DNA of 61,886 nt from Prolixibacteraceae bacterium (GTDB lineage: Bacteria; Bacteroidota; Bacteroidia; Bacteroidales; Prolixibacteraceae): NCBI GenBank assembly GCA_035297625.1, contig DATGYU010000316.1:1-61886 (forward strand), written 5' to 3'. The translations under genes were made by a program, and so were the position numbers. Under the pieces are notes generated by a model. It did not search any database and was not told where the DNA came from. It saw only the letters and a list, made by a program, of their open reading frames with translations. Below are positions 18,140 through 27,891 of this stretch, one piece after another. Numbering within the stretch: position 1 is the stretch's first letter; each line of letters begins with the position of its first letter.

Positions 18140-19435
18140 CTACTGTGTCACCTGGAATGGCACATTGGCTGTTGATACAAACCCCGTATTGTCTAGTACA
18201 TAGACGAACAAACGGTAATTGCCCGGTTCGTTGATAGCAGTCTGGTAAGTATTGGTGTCGGTAGTAGCTACCTTGCCAACCCTGTCAGGGCGTGGCTCAT
18301 ATGATCCTCCGCTGCCCAGCACGGTAGCTTCTTTCAGTATCTCCCATAAATAAGTAAGCTTATCGCCTTCTTTATCAGTCACGGCAATCTTGCCTTCAAA
18401 AGCTTTTCCAGCGCCAACCGTAACACTTTCGATAGCAGCCTTTCCGTCAATGGTGAATTTCTCAACCACCGGGGCTGTTTGTTTTAGCTGAACACCTTTC
18501 CATACTCTTTCCATGGCTTCCACCATAGGGGTCTTCTCTCCTTTTAAAGGCAGCCCTTCCACTGAGTTCTCAACAAACATGCTGAACCAGGTAGGTGTAC
18601 GTTCTTCCTTTTGACCCCAGAGGAATACAAAAGAGCCAAGGCAGCGTTTGGAGCCAAGGATATAGTTGTTATAGCGCTCTTCATAAACAATACGTTTTTC
18701 TTCACTGGTCTGTTCTATCGGGGCTTTCCATTTGGTGGATGGAGATTCCCAGAAGCCTGTAGGCCCCCATTCGGTAATCATGTACGGCCCTTTATAAGCG
18801 GATTTATCCACCATCTCGGCAGCCTTGGTGATAGCCCCATAACTGTTAATACCCACCAGGTCCAGATGGGTTGTATACCTGGCAATAGAATCCAATGCCC
18901 TTGGGTTGTGGGTGATCACCGTAGCCACCAGGTGACGCTTATCAATGGATTTGATGATCTGTGCCAGTTCATCGACAAACTTCCAGGCTGCACCGATATT
19001 GGCTTTCTCTTCATGATCGATTTCGTTGCCAAGGCCCCAAACCAGGATATTGGGATCGTCTTTAAAAGTCTCTGCCAGAAGGCGCACTTCTTTTCTCAGC
19101 TTATCCTTATACTTTTCATCGGAATAAGAATTGCGGTTCTTGGTAAGGCCAATCCCCTGCATGATATACATGTTGTTGACCTTGGCCTGCACCAGGTCTT
19201 TTTTGATCGATTCCACACTTCCGCCCCAGGTCCTAAAAGCATTGGCTCCGTTCTGGGAAGCATGTTCCAGCTTATTGGTTCCCCCCACCCCTTTGATATA
19301 CGTGGGCACCCCGTTAACGTACAGTTCGAACTTGCCATTCTTCTCTGCAATGCGGGCTCCATCTTCAGCATGACTGTAACTGCCCATCAGGCAGGCAATC
19401 ACCAGGACACCCATTTTGAATAAATTCATTTTCAT
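18140..19435 (-). CDS. Clan GH-A glycoside hydrolase, probably GH158-like endo-beta-1,3-glucanase (GH2 TIM-barrel annotation likely)
   Basis: Signal peptide; acid/base GNE (E138) and nucleophile ITEWGP (E222); WGQKEERT; C-terminal Ig-like domain. Confidence 0.72.
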   Translation of the reverse strand: MKMNLFKMGVLVIACLMGSYSHAEDGARIAEKNGKFELYVNGVPTYIKGVGGTNKLEHASQNGANAFRTWGGSVESIKKDLVQAKVNNMYIMQGIGLTKNRNSYSDEKYKDKLRKEVRLLAETFKDDPNILVWGLGNEIDHEEKANIGAAWKFVDELAQIIKSIDKRHLVATVITHNPRALDSIARYTTHLDLVGINSYGAITKAAEMVDKSAYKGPYMITEWGPTGFWESPSTKWKAPIEQTSEEKRIVYEERYNNYILGSKRCLGSFVFLWGQKEERTPTWFSMFVENSVEGLPLKGEKTPMVEAMERVWKGVQLKQTAPVVEKFTIDGKAAIESVTVGAGKAFEGKIAVTDKEGDKLTYLWEILKEATVLGSGGSYEPRPDRVGKVATTDTNTYQTAINEPGNYRLFVYVLDNTGFVSTANVPFQVTQ

Positions 19436-19448
19436 GATATGGATTGAT

Positions 19449-22424
19449 TTAGTTGATTTTCACTTTATAAATTGAAGCGCTTGTTGTTACAAACAGCAGG
19501 TTTTTGTCCTTCCCGCCAATGGCCATGGATATGGGGCGTTCATCCAAATTTATGCGTTTTATTTCCTTACCGTTTTTGTCGAATACAAAGATCTGCCCTT
19601 CTGCCAGGTAAAGCGTTCCGTCAGTATCAACGGCTGATCCGTATTCTCCGCGAGGGAAAGCCTTTTGCATATGGATCAGTTTACCATCCTTGTCTACCTC
19701 AAAGCGATAGGTCGTCTTGTTATCTTCATGCGATACATACGCCGGGAGGGTCTGTCCGGGAACAACAGCCATCAGTTCCACCGAGCGGCCCAGATCATAG
19801 GTCTCAGGGATAATAGTCACTCCATCAGGAGCAAGGAAGCTGTTTTCGGGCATTGACTGCGCCACCTTGTCAAAATCTGTCCTCCAGCGGTGGGTAGGGT
19901 AAATTACCCTTTTAACGTTGCTTATATCGCTTGTTTTAACCTTTTTAAGCGGTTGCATGTCATCCGCCTTCTCCGGATTGATGGCATAGGCCAGAGCAGC
20001 CCATCCCCCATTGCCCCAACCGCTGTACATGGGGTTGTCATCAGGCAGTTTGGAAACACTTTCCTGCTTTCCGTCAACCATCAGTCCCGGCTGAGGGTCG
20101 TATCGGCAGATCACCAACAGGTTGTCTTTGGTATCCACTGCCATAGAGAAAGGCTTGTATGGGTAATCCGCATATACAGAAACTGTGTTGGTCTCTACCG
20201 ACCATTTATAGATCTTCTTTAGCCTGTTTTCGCAGAAATAGACATTGCCTTTACTGTCGGCAACTGCTCCTGTAGCAAATTCAAATCCAAAGGCCAGCTT
20301 TTCAACCTGACTGTCGGTAAGCTTATTGCCCTTTTCATTTCCGGTGATGGTAGCTCTGGCAAAGTCCCAAGGATAAATGGCCAGGTTCTTGTTCATATCA
20401 TAAACAGTCAGCTCGGGCACGTGCAGCACCTGTGTCCAGTTGCGCATATTACGGAAGTCGATGTTCTGGCAATCCGACACTCTGATGCCCCAGTGACGCG
20501 GCGTGTTTACCCTAATCACCCTGTACATCCAAAAGTTGGCAAAGCGTATATCCTTACAGGCGTTCATCTCCAGCGACTGGCAGTCTTTTCCTTCCCTGCT
20601 CTCCTCTTCAAACTGAAAGGCATAGAGTTTCCATTTGGACACCCTATCCATGCGGCATTCATATCTTACATGATGCTCGAGTGACATGGCATACACGCTT
20701 GCCGGGGTGGAGGTGTTACTGGCATAAAAACCTACTCCAGCGTATGTGTTGGCAGTCCAGATATCTTTAAGGGTTCCTCCCCCTCCGTTGGTCACCCAAA
20801 GACTCCAGTACTGGTTATCCCAGGCAAGGTCCATTCCGATGGCATTCTCCGGTGAGTCTGGAGAGCTGATCTTCCGCTCCCTGCGCCTGGGCTCTTCACT
20901 GCTTACCGGGGCATTGGGTTTACGCATGGTACCGTGGCCTCCTACAAACTTCACATCGTTGATCATCGACTTCTCCCCTGCCATCCATTTAAGTCCAACA
21001 GCGCGGTTATTGTAGGCGCCGGTATTCAGACCGATACCATTGACAATGTCATCGCCCCCTTCCGAGGATTCGAGCAATGGCTTGGGAGCGCCAAACCCGC
21101 TAAAGGCAGGTTCACTTTCTTTCAAAATAAGCTGAGTGGCAAAGGGGTGCATGCCGATCAGTTTAGTTCCCTGGGCCATCTTAATAGTTTCTGTCAGACG
21201 GTACCAACCAGTGGGGACATAGATATTCTTGTATTTGGCAATAGCCTCCTGAAAAGCCTTGGTGTCATCCGTTTCACCATCTCCTTTGGCTCCCAAATCT
21301 TTGATGTTCACCCAGCTGTCCATGGCAGGAAGTGAAGGGATGTCTTTTGCCAGTTGAACAGGAACTTGCGATAAAGGCTCAGTATCACAGATGGTCCGGT
21401 ACTTCGAATCATCGTTCATATCTTTCATCACAAGGCCGTAGGTAAAGTCCTTGATCTTGTACATCTTATCTTTTGCTTCTATGCCCTTTGCGCTTTTGGT
21501 GAAATAAGCAATGACAGGTACATTCTTGCAATCTATATTGACAAGGTTTATTTGGTTGGTGGCATTGTCCTCCACTCCAATCACTACAGCTTTGCCAACA
21601 TTCTCCATGAGGCAGTTTTCCATATACAGGCGGTCGGCAATATCCTCAGGAAGTTCAATACCAGTGGGTGTATTCTTTACCTGCATGGACACGATGGTAA
21701 GGCCTGCATTTTTAGTTAGAATAGCTGCTTTGCGCTGCCCTTCAAAGTAAAGGTCCACCATCATCATGGGCCATCCGGGCGAAGTCCTTGAAGTGGTAAT
21801 ACCATATTCTCCACCATAAAAATTGACATCTTCCATCTCGTTGCCCACATCATAGATACCGGCCATTCCGTTTCCGATATTCAGGTCGCAGTGGCTCACA
21901 AAGCCATGCTGGGCAAAGTGGGTGCGCAGGGCAATAGCTTTGGGATTGCCATTTTCAATACGCATGTCGATGTTGGAGATGGCGCTGTAGAAGGTACCGG
22001 CTCCTGCATCATTGGGTTGGCGGCCTTCTTCCACAATTCCACCGGTAAACCAGATCATGAAGTTTTCCTTCTCCTGAAAGCCTGGGGTATTCTTTCCAAG
22101 GATAATCTCAGGGCGGCTCTTTCCGTAACCGATCAGCCTTATGGCTCCGGGTACATAAATCGTTTTTGAGATCAGGTATTTCCCTTCCGGGATAAACAGT
22201 ACGCCAAAGTTCTGTTGGGTCTTAACCTGGTTGATGGCCTTTTGCAGGGCCTCAGACACGTCGGTCTTTCCATCGGCTTTGATGCCGAAAGCCTCCGGGG
22301 TAAAGAAGACAGCTTCAGAATCTGATGGTTTTAAAGTGTAAACAGAAGCAGATGGTTTTACGGTACCTGTTGTGCTCAAATGCCACCCAATTAAAAAGAG
22401 TAGTAAAAGAAATCTGAATTTCAT
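19449..22424 (-). CDS. Secreted double beta-helix (GH55-like) protein with SMP-30-like propeller, paralog of 14982-17969
   Basis: Same domain order and shared motifs (GAKGDGETDDT, SLEHH, QFEEESRE). Confidence 0.75.
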   Translation of the reverse strand: MKFRFLLLLFLIGWHLSTTGTVKPSASVYTLKPSDSEAVFFTPEAFGIKADGKTDVSEALQKAINQVKTQQNFGVLFIPEGKYLISKTIYVPGAIRLIGYGKSRPEIILGKNTPGFQEKENFMIWFTGGIVEEGRQPNDAGAGTFYSAISNIDMRIENGNPKAIALRTHFAQHGFVSHCDLNIGNGMAGIYDVGNEMEDVNFYGGEYGITTSRTSPGWPMMMVDLYFEGQRKAAILTKNAGLTIVSMQVKNTPTGIELPEDIADRLYMENCLMENVGKAVVIGVEDNATNQINLVNIDCKNVPVIAYFTKSAKGIEAKDKMYKIKDFTYGLVMKDMNDDSKYRTICDTEPLSQVPVQLAKDIPSLPAMDSWVNIKDLGAKGDGETDDTKAFQEAIAKYKNIYVPTGWYRLTETIKMAQGTKLIGMHPFATQLILKESEPAFSGFGAPKPLLESSEGGDDIVNGIGLNTGAYNNRAVGLKWMAGEKSMINDVKFVGGHGTMRKPNAPVSSEEPRRRERKISSPDSPENAIGMDLAWDNQYWSLWVTNGGGGTLKDIWTANTYAGVGFYASNTSTPASVYAMSLEHHVRYECRMDRVSKWKLYAFQFEEESREGKDCQSLEMNACKDIRFANFWMYRVIRVNTPRHWGIRVSDCQNIDFRNMRNWTQVLHVPELTVYDMNKNLAIYPWDFARATITGNEKGNKLTDSQVEKLAFGFEFATGAVADSKGNVYFCENRLKKIYKWSVETNTVSVYADYPYKPFSMAVDTKDNLLVICRYDPQPGLMVDGKQESVSKLPDDNPMYSGWGNGGWAALAYAINPEKADDMQPLKKVKTSDISNVKRVIYPTHRWRTDFDKVAQSMPENSFLAPDGVTIIPETYDLGRSVELMAVVPGQTLPAYVSHEDNKTTYRFEVDKDGKLIHMQKAFPRGEYGSAVDTDGTLYLAEGQIFVFDKNGKEIKRINLDERPISMAIGGKDKNLLFVTTSASIYKVKIN

Positions 22425-22483
22425 TATTTGCAGGTTTAGGTTTGATTATAATCATTCCACCTTGAAAGGCTTGATTATTTATG

Positions 22484-22491
22484 CAAAGCTA
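22484..22491 (-). promoter_or_regulatory. -7 box TAGCTTTG for the glycoside hydrolase cluster
   Basis: TAnnTTTG consensus 60 bp upstream of the ATG. Confidence 0.5.
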
Positions 22492-22780
22492 ATGAATTCA
22501 ACGAAAAACTCTTAAGTAGAATATGAAATAGCTATTCAAATTATAAAAACAGTCCATAGTAAAACAACCTTAAAGTTAACATCACTTATTAATGCGAGTC
22601 AAGGGTTGAAAATAGAAGATATCCACCTATTATCCTGGCAGATAACTGACCGCTTAACAAGGGTTTGGCTGGTAATTTGATCCGATGACCAGCCGTTTAA
22701 ACAGGATTATACTAAATACCAGTAAAATAATAAACTCCTTCCTATAAATAGTAAATCCATTTGGACCAGGTATGCATATA

Positions 22781-22852
22781 AAATACTATTGATATACTAT
22801 TGTAATACTAAAATAAATGTTTTAGTATTACAATAGTATATCAATAGTATTT
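22781..22852. repeat. Perfect 33-bp inverted repeat built from 11-bp units (ATACTATTG..)
   Basis: AAATACTATTGATATACTATTGTAATACTAAAA-TAAATG-TTTTAGTATTACAATAGTATATCAATAGTATTT. Confidence 0.88.
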
Positions 22853-23156
22853 GAATAGCAAATGTGATCCATCTTGGATACTATTTTATTCTGAACTTTG
22901 ATGGTATGCTATGGATTATTTATAGGAACAGATGGATGCCTCAACGACCAGCCATGTTGAGTTATTTTAGCACATCCTGCTAAAACCTTAATTCGCGTTA
23001 TAAATTGTTTTCAGACTGCAGATACTTTAACTAAATACATTTTTATGACAAAAGTCATTAAAAAAAAATAACATATTTTTACAATAATAAAATGATGTTA
23101 GCGATATTTGTAATATCTCTTTAAGCTTTTATATTAAAACTAATAAAACCAAAAAG

Positions 23157-24326
23157 ATGAAAGCAATTAACCTTCTCCCAATTTTGTTATTTTGTCTCTT
23201 AGTTATTTCCTGTTCTAAGGAAGATGATGTTAATACCAATTTGTCATTAGACAAGGTAAGCGGATATGTTCAGAAAGGACCTTATCTGAATGGCACCGAT
23301 ATCGCCATTTATGAATTGTCTACCGACTTTCAGCCAACTGGTAAGAGCTACAGCACGGAGATTACAGACAACAAAGGTACTTTTGAAATCAATTCTATTG
23401 ATCTGGAATCGCATTATGTGGAAATAAAAGCCAATGGCTTTTATTTTAATGAAGTGACCAAAAGTAATTCGTCTGCCCAGTTGTCACTTCAGGCCTTATC
23501 TGATCTTACGGATCAATCAAGTCTGAATGTGAATATTTTATCCACGTTGGAAAGAAACAGGGTTAAATACCTTATTTCAACAGGCAAGGACTTTGCTACT
23601 GCCAAGAAACAGGCACAAGCAGAGATATTAAAGATTTTTGAAATAGAAAAACCCGATATCACAGCTTCCGAGCACATGGATATTACCAAAACAGGAGATG
23701 ATAATGCCATTCTATTGGCCATTTCAGTCATTGTACAAGGTTATTTGAATGTATCCGAAGTATCTGAACTGCTTGCCAACATCAGCACGGACATCAAGGA
23801 AGATGGAGTATTAGACGATGCCGGCCTTGGAACCATCCTGATTAACAATGCCAAGTTGCTTAAATTACCTTCAGTGCGTGAGAACCTGACCAGCAGATAC
23901 GCCGATTTAGGGGTTGACTGTACCATTCCTGATTTTGAAAAGTATGTCAACCAGTTTATGACCAACACTCATTTTGTGTATACCCCAAGTATAGAATACC
24001 CTGCAATGGGTAAATTTGGTAAAAATATTCTGGACAAAAATCTTTTGATATATCCTTTAGGAACCTATTCTCTAAAAGCTGTTTTAAAAGAAGGCACCAG
24101 CTTAAAAGTCAAAGTAGCTTGTGAAATCTGGGTTTTCCCAGCCTTTCAGGATAATACGGGATGGAGTTATTCAGATTATGACTTCAGTGACAATTCAAGG
24201 GTTTTTACTGCTACGCGTACCGGTGAAGTTGATTTTCAGATGAGCCTGCAAAAACCTGCCACGATAACCGTCTATGAAAACGGAGCTGTAACCCCAACCT
24301 GGTCTAAAGTTACTGTTCAAAAGTAA
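23157..24326 (+). CDS. Hypothetical lipoprotein
   Basis: Lipobox VISC; GYVQKGPY and GFYFNEVT motifs of a widespread uncharacterised lipoprotein domain. Confidence 0.8.
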   Translation: MKAINLLPILLFCLLVISCSKEDDVNTNLSLDKVSGYVQKGPYLNGTDIAIYELSTDFQPTGKSYSTEITDNKGTFEINSIDLESHYVEIKANGFYFNEVTKSNSSAQLSLQALSDLTDQSSLNVNILSTLERNRVKYLISTGKDFATAKKQAQAEILKIFEIEKPDITASEHMDITKTGDDNAILLAISVIVQGYLNVSEVSELLANISTDIKEDGVLDDAGLGTILINNAKLLKLPSVRENLTSRYADLGVDCTIPDFEKYVNQFMTNTHFVYTPSIEYPAMGKFGKNILDKNLLIYPLGTYSLKAVLKEGTSLKVKVACEIWVFPAFQDNTGWSYSDYDFSDNSRVFTATRTGEVDFQMSLQKPATITVYENGAVTPTWSKVTVQK

Positions 24327-24439
24327 ACAGGCAGTTTACATTACTTAGGTATTTTCATACAACCTAATATTCCCTTAATGGCATAACGGCTCAATAATTG
24401 AGAAGTTATGCCATTAAAATATATAAATATTACAAACTA

Positions 24440-25156
24440 ATGACCCAGCTCTATTCCTCTCTGGCAGGCATTTATCACGAGATGTACCAAAACATCTTCG
24501 ATTATGACAAAGAGTTTCAATTCTATGATGTCCTATTAAAAAAGCATGGGTGTACCAGTATCCTTGAAATAGGCTGTGGCTCAGGGATGCTTGCACAAAG
24601 GTTTCTTCAAAATGGCTATCAATACCTTGGGCTGGATTTGTACGATGAGATGCTTGACATTGCAAAAAAGCAAACCAAATCAGATAATTTCATCCGGTGC
24701 GATATGCGCAACCTTACCTTTGACAAGCAATTCGATGCCGTGCTGATTACCGGCCGTTCTTTGGCCTATGTGACCGAAAACAAGGGCATCATCGAAACGC
24801 TCAAAGGCATTCACCAATCACTTAAAACCCATGGATTGCTTGTATTTGGAGTCTTTGAGGCCAACGGCATCTATGATAACTTCAATGATTTTGAACAGAA
24901 CTTTCAACTTGACAACAAACGCATTCGAAGGATCAGCACGTTAAAGATGAATCTTGAAACAGGCTGGACCTATGACTGGCATGCCAAATATATCATTGAG
25001 CAGGAAGGCAACATTTCTGAATACGACGACCTGACTACTTTACGTGCTTTTACCAAAGAGGAAATATTACTTTTTCTAAAGCTCAATCGCTTTAAGGTGG
25101 AAGAAATTATCGAGGAGCCTAAAACTATGACTTTTATAACCCAAAAGCTCGGCTGA
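24440..25156 (+). CDS. Class I SAM-dependent methyltransferase
   Basis: ILEIGCGSG, GLDL and CDMR motifs; ATG at 24440 preferred over upstream TTG at 24398. Confidence 0.85.
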   Translation: MTQLYSSLAGIYHEMYQNIFDYDKEFQFYDVLLKKHGCTSILEIGCGSGMLAQRFLQNGYQYLGLDLYDEMLDIAKKQTKSDNFIRCDMRNLTFDKQFDAVLITGRSLAYVTENKGIIETLKGIHQSLKTHGLLVFGVFEANGIYDNFNDFEQNFQLDNKRIRRISTLKMNLETGWTYDWHAKYIIEQEGNISEYDDLTTLRAFTKEEILLFLKLNRFKVEEIIEEPKTMTFITQKLG

Positions 25157-25167
25157 CCATTTAGTTG

Positions 25168-25312
25168 GGCTGTCCCAAAACTCTGTGTTTCTCTGTGTAT
25201 TACTCAGTGTGACTCTGTGGTTAGAATTAATGACTGAACCACAGAGTTACACTGAGTTATTCTCAGAGTTTCACGGAGAAAAATTGTTGTAATTTGAACT
25301 TTTTAGACAGCC
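25168..25312. repeat. REP/MITE-like element with CTCTGTG / CACAGAG inverted arms and GGCTGTC...GACAGCC termini
   Basis: ACTCAGTGTGACTCTGTGGTT pairs with AACCACAGAGTTACACTGAGT; outer 7-bp inverted repeat. Confidence 0.65.
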
Positions 25313-25378
25313 TTAATCACCCCGGTGTTGTTTCCTGAGCGCCTTTTCCTTACTTTTGTAGGAACAAAAACCTAACTC

Positions 25379-27589
25379 ATGAAACTTATCTCTTTCACTT
25401 CCCTGTGCGTGAGCCTATTTCTTTTGGCATCCTGTATGAAAACCACTCCAAAGACCAATCCTCCGGTGCGTCTGACCGATTATGTGGATCCATTTATCGG
25501 GACAGGCTATCATGGTCATACCTATCCGGGGGCAGCCTATCCTTTTGGACAGATACAGCTTAGCCCGGATAATGGCACCCAGGGCTGGGACTGGTGTTCT
25601 GGCTATCATTATTCGAGCGATACGATCAGCGGCTTCAGCCATCTGCATCTTAGCGGAACAGGTATTGGTGATCTTGCCGATATTTCTTTTATGCCTGTCA
25701 CCTCTGAGGTTACGTTTATAAAGGATGAAAAGAATATTGATTTTGTCAAACGCTATGCCGCTCCATTTAGTCACAAGGAGGAAACTGCACAACCGGGTTA
25801 TTATGCCGTCACCCTTAAAAACAATGGGGTAAAGGCTGAATTCACCGTTACGGAAAGAGCCGGGCTGCACCGTTATACCTTTCCCGATGCGGGCCAGCAT
25901 AATATACTCATCAACCTTGGCTTTGCCATCAACTGGGATAAACCCTACCAGACAGCCCTAAATATCGTGGACAGTATGCTGGTTACCGGTACCCGGTTAT
26001 CTAACGGATGGGCAGCCGATCAGCATGTGTATTTTGCAGCACGTTTCTCTGAGCCGTTTGTTTCCTCAAAAATAGGCGACGTTGGCGGGGAAGGCCGTAC
26101 TGTAGGAGTATTTAATTTTAAAGGTAAGGAAGTGATGGTTAAGGTTGGCATCTCATCCGTGAGCATAGAAAATGCCATCACTAACCTTGACAGCTCACTG
26201 GCCGACTGGGATTTTGAAGCAACCCGTCAGGCAGCCTCCAATGCATGGGAAAAAGAATTGGCAAAGATCAATATTGAATCAAACGACTCGGTACAAAAGA
26301 CGATCTTCTACACTTCGCTGTATCATACCATGGTAGCCCCTGCCCTTTTCTCTGATTCCAATGGTCAGTTTAAGGGAGTTAAAGGGGATGTGCAAAAGGC
26401 AAGCGGCTATAACCGTTATACCGTATTTTCACTGTGGGATACTTACCGTGCCCTGCATCCACTATTTACCCTTACCCAGCAAAACAGGGTGAATGATATG
26501 GTGAAAAGTATGCTTGACCACTACAAACAGACGGGCATTCTCCCTGTATGGGAACTGGAAGGCAATGAGACTTTCTGCATGGTGGGCAACCATTCCATAC
26601 CTGTTATTGCTGAAGCGCTATTGAAAGGGATAGGCGACTTCGATCACCAGCTGGCCTTTGAAGCCATGAAGGCCACCTCTATGCACGACCGCGACGGAAT
26701 GGGCCTGTACGATAAGCTGGGTTACATGCCCGCCGATAAAGTACAGCAGTCGGTAGCCAAATCTTTGGAAGTAGCCATTGACGACTGGTGTGTGGCTGCC
26801 GTAGCCCAAAAGCTGGGCAAGACGGAAGATGCCGCCTATTTCAGTAAGCGTGCTGAAAGTTTCAAGGCCTATTTTGACAAGGAAACAGGCTTTATGCGTG
26901 GCAAGCTGAGCAATGGTCAGTGGACCACTCCTTTTGACCCGGCCTTCTCCAATCATGAGGGAAGCGACTATACCGAAGGCAACGCATGGCAGTACCTGTG
27001 GCTGGTTCCCCAGAATGTAAATGGACTGATTGAGCTGCTGGGGGGTAAAGAATTCTTCGCCGATAAGCTGGACCAACTGTTTAAAGTAACCGAAGGTGTA
27101 AAAGGAGAAAAGGCTTCCTCTGATATCTCAGGCTTGATTGGTGCTTATGCCCATGGCAATGAACCGGGGCATCACACCACCTTCCTGTTTAATTATGCAG
27201 GCAGGGCATGGCGCACCCAGGAGCTCAACCGCCAGATACAAACCGAGATGTACACCAACACTCCTGAAGGACTTTGCGGCAATGAAGACTGCGGACAAAT
27301 GTCAGCATGGTATGTTTTCAGCGCCATGGGCTTTTATCCTGTGAATCCGTCTGATTTGACTTATCAACTGGGCTCACCGCTGGTGCAGATGGCCAAAATT
27401 GAGGTAGCTCCCGGCAAATACTTTACCATGAAAGCGCCACAGGCTTCAGTTGCCAATAAATACATACAGTCAGTTACCCTGAACGGGCAAAAGCTGGATC
27501 GCAGTTATATTACCCACCAGGAAATCATGGAGGGCGGAACCCTTGAAATTAACATGGGAGCAGCACCCAATAAAAGTTTGTTTCAATAA
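25379..27589 (+). CDS. GH92 alpha-1,2-mannosidase family lipoprotein
   Basis: Lipobox LASC; YVDPFIGT, SLWDTYR, TEGNAWQY, HGNEP, GNEDCGQMSAW. Confidence 0.93.
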   Translation: MKLISFTSLCVSLFLLASCMKTTPKTNPPVRLTDYVDPFIGTGYHGHTYPGAAYPFGQIQLSPDNGTQGWDWCSGYHYSSDTISGFSHLHLSGTGIGDLADISFMPVTSEVTFIKDEKNIDFVKRYAAPFSHKEETAQPGYYAVTLKNNGVKAEFTVTERAGLHRYTFPDAGQHNILINLGFAINWDKPYQTALNIVDSMLVTGTRLSNGWAADQHVYFAARFSEPFVSSKIGDVGGEGRTVGVFNFKGKEVMVKVGISSVSIENAITNLDSSLADWDFEATRQAASNAWEKELAKINIESNDSVQKTIFYTSLYHTMVAPALFSDSNGQFKGVKGDVQKASGYNRYTVFSLWDTYRALHPLFTLTQQNRVNDMVKSMLDHYKQTGILPVWELEGNETFCMVGNHSIPVIAEALLKGIGDFDHQLAFEAMKATSMHDRDGMGLYDKLGYMPADKVQQSVAKSLEVAIDDWCVAAVAQKLGKTEDAAYFSKRAESFKAYFDKETGFMRGKLSNGQWTTPFDPAFSNHEGSDYTEGNAWQYLWLVPQNVNGLIELLGGKEFFADKLDQLFKVTEGVKGEKASSDISGLIGAYAHGNEPGHHTTFLFNYAGRAWRTQELNRQIQTEMYTNTPEGLCGNEDCGQMSAWYVFSAMGFYPVNPSDLTYQLGSPLVQMAKIEVAPGKYFTMKAPQASVANKYIQSVTLNGQKLDRSYITHQEIMEGGTLEINMGAAPNKSLFQ

Positions 27590-27641
27590 AGCAACTGCAC
27601 TGTCCGGCAAGGATTCTTACCGACTATACACTAAGATATTT

Positions 27642-27681
27642 AAAGACAGGGGATAACGAATAATTATCCCCTGTCTTTTTT
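27642..27681 (+). terminator. Intrinsic terminator
   Basis: AGACAGGGGATAA / TTATCCCCTGTCT stem plus T-tract. Confidence 0.85.
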
Positions 27682-27891
27682 ATTCCTTTTGGCCAGCTTT
27701 TTGATGAGGAAGAAGTAATATATAAACCTATTGGACTATTTTAAGGTTATATAAATTATATCTTTCATTGTGTGAATAATATAACGCTTTTCATAAATTA
27801 TGTAACATCTTACGCAAAGGACTTAACTAATTTAGCGAGCTAGCAGAATATTATTAATGAAAGGCTTAGATATGTTAAAACTAATAATTGA

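Noticed and set aside
18611-19423. 270-aa ORF on the + strand
   Set aside because: Entirely antisense to the well-supported GH-A hydrolase, with no recognisable motifs; a codon-bias shadow
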